From the NCBI GenBank assembly GCA_025999395.1, contig AP024682.1, positions 301,638-365,637 on the forward strand: a stretch of 64,000 bases of DNA. Reading direction: 5' to 3'. The stretch is from Candidatus Parcubacteria bacterium (GTDB lineage: Bacteria > Patescibacteriota > Minisyncoccia > UBA6257 > JAGOQP01). Positions 59,427 through 64,000 of the stretch are shown here, one piece after another (position 1 is the first letter of the stretch; each line of letters begins with the position of its first letter). The translations under genes and the position numbers were made by a program. The notes below the pieces were generated by a model that ran no database searches, was not told the DNA's origin, and saw only the letters and a program-made list of their open reading frames with translations.

Positions 59427-61066
59427 TTTGGGTCAATTGGGAATAATTTCTCTAGCTCAGTTTTAGAGATCTGCGTATTTCCTGTAATACTTCTTACCAC
59501 TTTCAATTTCTCTTCCGAGGAAAGCTGTTTAGCAATATCCTTAAGAGTTAAGTTTGTTTTTGGTAAATTTTTTCCGAAATCCATCTTAAGTTGTTCCTGT
59601 TTAGAGGGAGGAAAAATAACATTGACATGGTTTTCAGCAATAAACTTCATTCCCGAAGGGATAACAGCTGCTTTTAGTGTCGCTGTTTTCACTGAACCTG
59701 TGATTCTATTTACAACAATAGCAGGGCCAATATCAAAATCTTTTCTTTTTACATATTGAGGTTTTGTTTTATCTATAATTGGAAATTTTAGTCCTGTTGG
59801 AGTTATATTATGGGCCCATATTAAAGGGATTCCTTCTTCCGGGTTGTTTGTCAATAAATGCTTATTTTGGTTCCAGACTAATCTGCCAGTTTTTACCTCA
59901 TATCCGAGATCATATAGTGTTAATTTATTTTCGAAGGCTTTTTCTAGAAATTTTGGATTTTCGCTAAATATTAAAATTCCATTTTTTTTGAATAAATAGT
60001 TTCCCTTGTTTCTACCTTTTTTAAGGATAATTAGCATTGTTGATTGTAGCGCCCCGTGGAATATTTTAGGGTCATCTAGAATATGTAAATATTCAATATT
60101 GGAATTCTCTACAATAAATTTTCTTAGTTTTAAAAAGTATGCTCCGTTATTCATAGAAGGGGGAACAACATAAGCTAAATATCCTCCTTCTTTTAACCAT
60201 TTTAATCCCTGACAAATGAACAGGCTAAATATGTTTAATCTACCGTTTATAATACTCCCGAATTTTTTTCTTATATTTTCTGGAGGAGTAAATTCAAAAT
60301 AAGGCGGATTACCAATTACAAAGTCATATTTACCATAATCTTCGTTTAAAAGAGCATCTAGCTGTTTGAGTTTTGCTTCAGGAACTACTTCTTTAGCGAT
60401 CTTTACTAGTTTTTTGTCTATATCCCATCCATAAAGTTGAGGGTTTTTGAAATATTTTTTTGCTGTGATTAAAAATTCTCCTGTTCCACAAGCAGGATCT
60501 AGTATTTTTGGGTTTTTAATGTTGGTTGGTAATTTACTAAGGAGTGCTTCTCTTATTGATCTTGGGGTAAAATATTGCCCTAAAGATTTTCTATATTCTA
60601 TATCTGTTTCTTCCATATACCTAATTGTAGCCTCGGTGAATTCCTCTTTTTCTTTTATTTTTTCTTTTAACTCGCCAAAACTTCTAATTACACTTATTAC
60701 TTTTCCTTGAATTATTAATTCTTTTGTAAAAATCGGTTTTATTTTTGGATTTGCTGGTTGAAGCCGGAAACCATTTTTTTCTCTATAAATCTTTTTGAGT
60801 GTAACTTCATTATCATTTATTAGAGCCACTACCGTTTCTCCATTTTCAGCAATTGGTTGTTTCCTAATTATTACGATATCTCCATCGTAAATTCCTTCGT
60901 CAATCATGCTATCTCCTTGAACCCTTAAAGCGTAATGTTCGCCTGATTTAGATAATTGTGATTTGGGAACCTCAATCATTTCAGGATCTTCTATTGCTTC
61001 AATTGGTTGACCAGCAGCAATAGTGCCAAGTAGTGGAATTTCTACTGTCTCTTTCTTTTCTCCCAC
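59423..61066 (-). CDS. Fusion protein: LexA-like S24 autopeptidase domain plus N6-adenine DNA methyltransferase (gamma-class, TaqI/Eco57I-like)
   Basis: The N-terminal 130 aa read IPLLGTIAAGQP (the Ala-Gly cleavage site), GDSM (Ser nucleophile) and VTLKK (Lys). The C-terminal MTase has QYFTPRSI, ILDPACGTGEFL (motif I) and GNPPYF (motif IV). Confidence 0.8.
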   Translation of the reverse strand: MGEKKETVEIPLLGTIAAGQPIEAIEDPEMIEVPKSQLSKSGEHYALRVQGDSMIDEGIYDGDIVIIRKQPIAENGETVVALINDNEVTLKKIYREKNGFRLQPANPKIKPIFTKELIIQGKVISVIRSFGELKEKIKEKEEFTEATIRYMEETDIEYRKSLGQYFTPRSIREALLSKLPTNIKNPKILDPACGTGEFLITAKKYFKNPQLYGWDIDKKLVKIAKEVVPEAKLKQLDALLNEDYGKYDFVIGNPPYFEFTPPENIRKKFGSIINGRLNIFSLFICQGLKWLKEGGYLAYVVPPSMNNGAYFLKLRKFIVENSNIEYLHILDDPKIFHGALQSTMLIILKKGRNKGNYLFKKNGILIFSENPKFLEKAFENKLTLYDLGYEVKTGRLVWNQNKHLLTNNPEEGIPLIWAHNITPTGLKFPIIDKTKPQYVKRKDFDIGPAIVVNRITGSVKTATLKAAVIPSGMKFIAENHVNVIFPPSKQEQLKMDFGKNLPKTNLTLKDIAKQLSSEEKLKVVRSITGNTQISKTELEKLFPIDPN

Positions 61067-61070
61067 TATT

Positions 61071-61265
61071 TCAATAGACCTGGGTTCGTTTTTTTTCTCT
61101 TTTGATATATCCTTCTTTTTCGAGTCTTAAGAGATGATGATGAATAGTGGATACTGAAGAAAGTCGAAAATGTTTTTTAATTTCTTCTATAGAGGGAGCG
61201 TAACCTCTTTTTTCTTTGAAGGACTTTATAAAATCTAAGACTTGTTTTTGCCGTTTTGTAATCAT
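61071..61265 (-). CDS. LexA-type winged-helix DNA-binding domain, upstream segment of the same LexA-MTase gene, separated by an A8-run frameshift
   Basis: ITKRQKQVLDFIKSFKEKRGYAPSIEEIKKHFRLSSVSTIHHHLLRLEKEGYIKR is the canonical LexA N-domain. Removing one A from the A8 run at about 61085-61092 fuses it in frame with IEIVGEKKETVEIPLLG. Confidence 0.75.
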   Translation of the reverse strand: MITKRQKQVLDFIKSFKEKRGYAPSIEEIKKHFRLSSVSTIHHHLLRLEKEGYIKREKKRTQVY

Positions 61266-61269
61266 AGTA

Positions 61270-61330
61270 TTGACTTTCTATTTATTTTCGATTATACTTT
61301 AAATATAAACAAGACATCTAAAAAAGTCAA
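61270..61330. promoter_or_regulatory. Divergent promoters with a near-palindromic candidate operator
   Basis: Plus strand: TTGACT, 17 nt, TATACT, leading toward the 61357 gene. Minus strand: TTGACT (61330-25), 17 nt, TATATT, leading toward the LexA-MTase gene. A 15-bp near-palindrome TATAcTTTAAAtATA overlaps both -10 elements. Confidence 0.4.
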
Positions 61331-61356
61331 TCAGTCTAATTAATTTATACCCAACC

Positions 61357-61656
61357 ATGGCTACATCAAAACACGATGAAATTGCAAAAAAACTTGCCAA
61401 AAAATTCGGCACAGAATATAAATCTAATGAGGGCATAGATATTGTACTGCCTGATCGCGTTATAGAAGTTGAGACTAAAAAAGACGGAATACGCCAAGGT
61501 ATAAATCAAGTGATAAGATCGTCTAAAGCCAGATATATAGCTGTTAACAAAAAGAATGTACAAAATGCTCTTGACGCCACACAAGGCACCGGAATTGGAG
61601 TAATGAGTGAAACGGGCCATATTATAAAACGCGCCAGCAGAAGCAGGAAGAAGTAA
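61357..61656 (+). CDS. Small PD-(D/E)xK-like (YraN/UPF0102-like) putative endonuclease
   Basis: 99 aa. GIDIVLPDRVIEVETKK fits D-x(n)-E-V-E-x-K. Confidence 0.35.
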   Translation: MATSKHDEIAKKLAKKFGTEYKSNEGIDIVLPDRVIEVETKKDGIRQGINQVIRSSKARYIAVNKKNVQNALDATQGTGIGVMSETGHIIKRASRSRKK

Positions 61657-61681
61657 AAATAAAAGATTTCTAGAAAGTTAT

Positions 61682-62356
61682 ATGGAGGAGATACTTACAA
61701 AAATTAAACAACTAATAGAAGGATTTAGGGATAAATATACAATCAGATTAGAAGAAATTGTTGTTAATGCTGATAAGTTAAAGAAAGCCTGCAGAAGAAT
61801 TGAGCGCTCTTGGAGCGGTTCGTTTGCTGGTTGGCATGGCCGTATGTACTTTCGTGATTTTCAGATTCCATCAATACATGAAAGATTTAGTGGAGAATGG
61901 GGAGGAATACATGGCATACCTGAAGGATGGGAAGAAAAACAGCCTGAAGAAGTACGAGAAAAAATTGAAGAATTAGTTGGTGATGAATTTTCAGCTGATG
62001 ATTTTGAAAAAGAATTAGGGAAGTTAAAAAAAGAGGCAATCCAGCTTAAAGACGAAATAGTAATAACTCTTTCGGTCTTTAATTTTGACACCCACGCTGA
62101 AAAAGAAAAAGAATTATTTTCTCAAATAGAAAATTTTGAATTTGGCAAAACAAAGGGTGAATTTATAAACGATGGGTTGCCAAAAACAATGATGTCAAGA
62201 GATACGGAAGCCTTGCGGCAAGGAATTTGTATCGCTTCGTGGTTGTATTATGAAGGAGTAGCACTTGAAGCTAAGAGTTTTTATGAGGCGATAAATAATT
62301 TTTTCGGATTGGTTAATAAATTAGTAAGGCTACTTGAACAAAAAATCAAAACTTAA
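61682..62356 (+). CDS. Hypothetical protein, likely partner of the downstream HEPN protein
   Basis: 224 aa with no recognisable motif. It overlaps the next ORF by 23 nt, which suggests translational coupling. Confidence 0.35.
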   Translation: MEEILTKIKQLIEGFRDKYTIRLEEIVVNADKLKKACRRIERSWSGSFAGWHGRMYFRDFQIPSIHERFSGEWGGIHGIPEGWEEKQPEEVREKIEELVGDEFSADDFEKELGKLKKEAIQLKDEIVITLSVFNFDTHAEKEKELFSQIENFEFGKTKGEFINDGLPKTMMSRDTEALRQGICIASWLYYEGVALEAKSFYEAINNFFGLVNKLVRLLEQKIKT

Positions 62357-62753
62357 TACTAAAACAATCCATACCATAGATAATCAGTTAAATAATTTGC
62401 ACCAAGAAATATATAATAAATGTTTTGACTTGTATCAAAAGGGGGCATACGCGGAGGCAGTTGAAAAGAGTTTTAAGGTTGTACGAGATAGATTAAGAAA
62501 ATTGACAGGGTATGAGACAGGTTCAGAGGCATTTGGTAAGGGAAAATTACATATTAAGGGTGCTGCTGCTCAAAATGTTGACCAAGATTTTAATGACGCG
62601 GTTAAGTTCTTAACCATGGCAATTGATCGATTCCGCAATGAAAAAAGCCATACCTCAGATGCTAAAATAGATGACCCTGTCCGTGCTTATGAATATTTAA
62701 GACTAAGTAGTCTTGCGATGAATTTACTTGAAGATAGTGAGATTTTGTCGTAG
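62334..62753 (+). CDS. HEPN-like domain protein (TIGR02391-like), putative RNase toxin/abortive-infection component
   Basis: 139 aa. Has RNEKSH (the R-x4-H HEPN motif) near the C-terminus within a predicted helical bundle. Confidence 0.5.
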   Translation: MNKKSKLNTKTIHTIDNQLNNLHQEIYNKCFDLYQKGAYAEAVEKSFKVVRDRLRKLTGYETGSEAFGKGKLHIKGAAAQNVDQDFNDAVKFLTMAIDRFRNEKSHTSDAKIDDPVRAYEYLRLSSLAMNLLEDSEILS

Positions 62754-62757
62754 GCTT

Positions 62758-63049
62758 TACCATAGCCCGCCTGCTGTCCCGCGAAGCGGGACTGGGGGTG
62801 GGAAGCGTTTCCGCAATTCTGCGTTAGTAGAATGTCAAAACAGAAAAATTTTCTTTTCCTTAATAGAAAAAATTTTGTCGGGGGCGCGATTAAATAAATG
62901 TTTAGAAAATTTTTCTGTTTTGTTCGGCGGAAACGAAGCGGACGCCGTGCGGAAACGCGGGGCGGGATTGTCGCCCGCAGGGCGACAATCAGAAGTCGGC
63001 ATCAGGATTTTGTTCAAAATAGGTTCGAATTTTGTCCAAAAGACACCGC
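62758..63049. repeat. Perfect 292-bp inverted repeat, right copy
   Basis: Reverse complement of 57799-58090. Confidence 0.85.
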
Positions 63050-63050
63050 T

Positions 63051-63160
63051 AGTTGCTGGCTTACTCTCTGCGAGGGCGCAAAGAGCGCTCCAGCCAACTT
63101 TGAAGCAGAAATTTAATTTTTTGTCTTTTAAAGTGAAATTCGAACTGACATTTTTAAAAG
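63051..63160 (+). repeat. Island-flanking direct repeat, copy 3 (att-like, diverged)
   Basis: About 75% identical to 52442-52540. It is preceded by aggttcgaat, which resembles a tRNA T-loop remnant. Confidence 0.5.
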
Positions 63161-63216
63161 AGCAGAAATTTTTTAAGAGTAGTGGAAAAGTCAAATCATT
63201 AATTTTAAACAAGCTA

Positions 63217-63999
63217 ATGAATCAAAAAGAATTCACAATCGTTATTTTGGTTGCCGGGGTTATTGTGTTTCTGGGTATAGTTGGTTATTTTGTTTTTACT
63301 AAGAATTTGGAAATGGTTTCGCCTACTAACCCAATAAGTGTTGAATATGTAAATAATCAGTATGGTTTTAAATTTACTTTACCGTCAAGCTGGAAAGGCT
63401 ACTCCATTGTAACATCTAAATGGGAAGGTTATGCTCCAGCTGGCCCAGAGGGCGAGATAATAACTGAAGAAGGCCCCACAATTTCTATTAGACATCCTCA
63501 ATGGACTTCTCAAAATCCTCGACAAGACATTCCAATTATGGTTTTTACCAGTAGCCAATGGAATTCCTTGGAACAAGGTAAATTTCATATCGGTGCAGCG
63601 CCTATCAATCCCACTGAGCTTAGACGGAATTCTAAATATGTATTCGCTCTTCCAGCTCGCTATAATTATGCTTTTCCGGAAGGTTGGGAAGAGGTTGAGC
63701 AGATTTTGCAAAGTTATCCATTGCAAACATTCGAACCAGTGGAAAAGACAAATCTTCCTTCTTTTGAACAAAAGCTTGCTGCCTGCCACGCAATTCCGAA
63801 TAACTCCACTCAGAAAGTTGTGGAAACTACACGGCTTTTTATTAATCTTCCAAAAGATATATATCCTGATAAAGAAGATAATCTTCATTTTAAAACAATC
63901 AGTGGCAATGCTTCGGCAGGTTGGATTTCCAATGGCGGACCTCTCGGAGAAGCATGGGAAGCAACTCCAGACTGTTGGTCCTATTACTATGAATTTGAT
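63217..63999 (+). CDS. Hypothetical secreted/membrane-anchored protein (partial, continues beyond the window)
   Basis: The ATG at 63217 opens a stop-free frame to the window end: MNQKEFTIVILVAGVIVFLGIVGYFVF... It has an N-terminal TM anchor. It is absent from the ORF track because there is no stop inside the window. Confidence 0.5.
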   Translation, partial: MNQKEFTIVILVAGVIVFLGIVGYFVFTKNLEMVSPTNPISVEYVNNQYGFKFTLPSSWKGYSIVTSKWEGYAPAGPEGEIITEEGPTISIRHPQWTSQNPRQDIPIMVFTSSQWNSLEQGKFHIGAAPINPTELRRNSKYVFALPARYNYAFPEGWEEVEQILQSYPLQTFEPVEKTNLPSFEQKLAACHAIPNNSTQKVVETTRLFINLPKDIYPDKEDNLHFKTISGNASAGWISNGGPLGEAWEATPDCWSYYYEFD

Positions 64000-64000
64000 G

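Larger units (their letters stand above)
52429..63170. mobile_element. Composite genomic island inserted immediately 3' of tRNA-Ser: recombinase elements, MITE-like repeats and defence cargo
   Basis: It starts at the tRNA 3' end. It is bounded by two direct, roughly 75% identical 100-bp repeats (52442-52540 and 63051-63160). It contains two large serine recombinase genes (one decayed) and GC-rich palindromic repeats that are absent from the rest of the window. Beyond 63.2 kb the sequence has a different composition. Confidence 0.6.

Noticed and set aside
63385-63888. 167-aa minus-strand ORF
   Set aside because: It is antisense to a longer stop-free plus-strand frame (63217 to the window end) that has a plausible signal anchor.

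Overview
This looks like a low-GC, gene-dense bacterial chromosome segment. The small, tightly packed genes and the pilin-like adhesins suggest a streamlined, possibly CPR/Patescibacteria-like organism, but that is an inference. Coordinates 1-52.4 kb are mostly housekeeping genes. The CDS called are hpf, secA, lepB, lepA, an ftsB-like gene, pgk, rnhA, guaB, rsmE, sod, fmt, def, thpR, ctp, rplI, rpmA, a ZIP transporter, a family-4 UDG, nfo, an archease-rtcB pair, glmS, rsmI, uvrB, a compact uvrC, uvrA, rmuC, groES-groEL, lemA and htpX. The RNA genes are rnpB, tRNA-Gly(CCC), tRNA-Gln(CUG) and tRNA-Ser(GGA). Several loci look accessory or unusual. (1) 15.6-17.9 kb, next to tRNA-Gln, is a very AT-rich insert. 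It carries a standalone LanM-type dehydratase-domain (DUF4135-like) gene and, immediately upstream, an unannotated 54-aa ORF ending in SFSSTKCCGTGTCS, plus a GNAT acetyltransferase. Together they look like a non-canonical RiPP-like locus. (2) 3.2-6.0 kb holds two adjacent pilin/adhesin-like genes that share a Cys-rich C-terminal domain of about 250 aa. (3) 36.5-39.5 kb has queA, tgt and an HD hydrolase gene, all disrupted by frameshifts at homopolymer runs. (4) Roughly 52.43-63.17 kb, starting right after tRNA-Ser, is a repeat-rich mobile island. It contains a decayed and an intact large serine recombinase, each flanked by imperfect inverted repeats. It also contains a MITE-like element, a four-gene HTH/membrane operon of unknown function, and a 4.7 kb cassette bounded by perfect 292-bp inverted repeats. 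That cassette holds a C-protein/REase pair, a convergent N6-adenine MTase fused to a LexA-like repressor module (winged HTH plus S24 autopeptidase), a HEPN-like pair and a small PD-(D/E)xK-like protein. The LexA-MTase fusion and the IR-bounded defence cassette are the most novel-looking features. Frameshifts at homopolymer runs hit at least five genes in this window, so both assembly error and real pseudogenisation must be considered.
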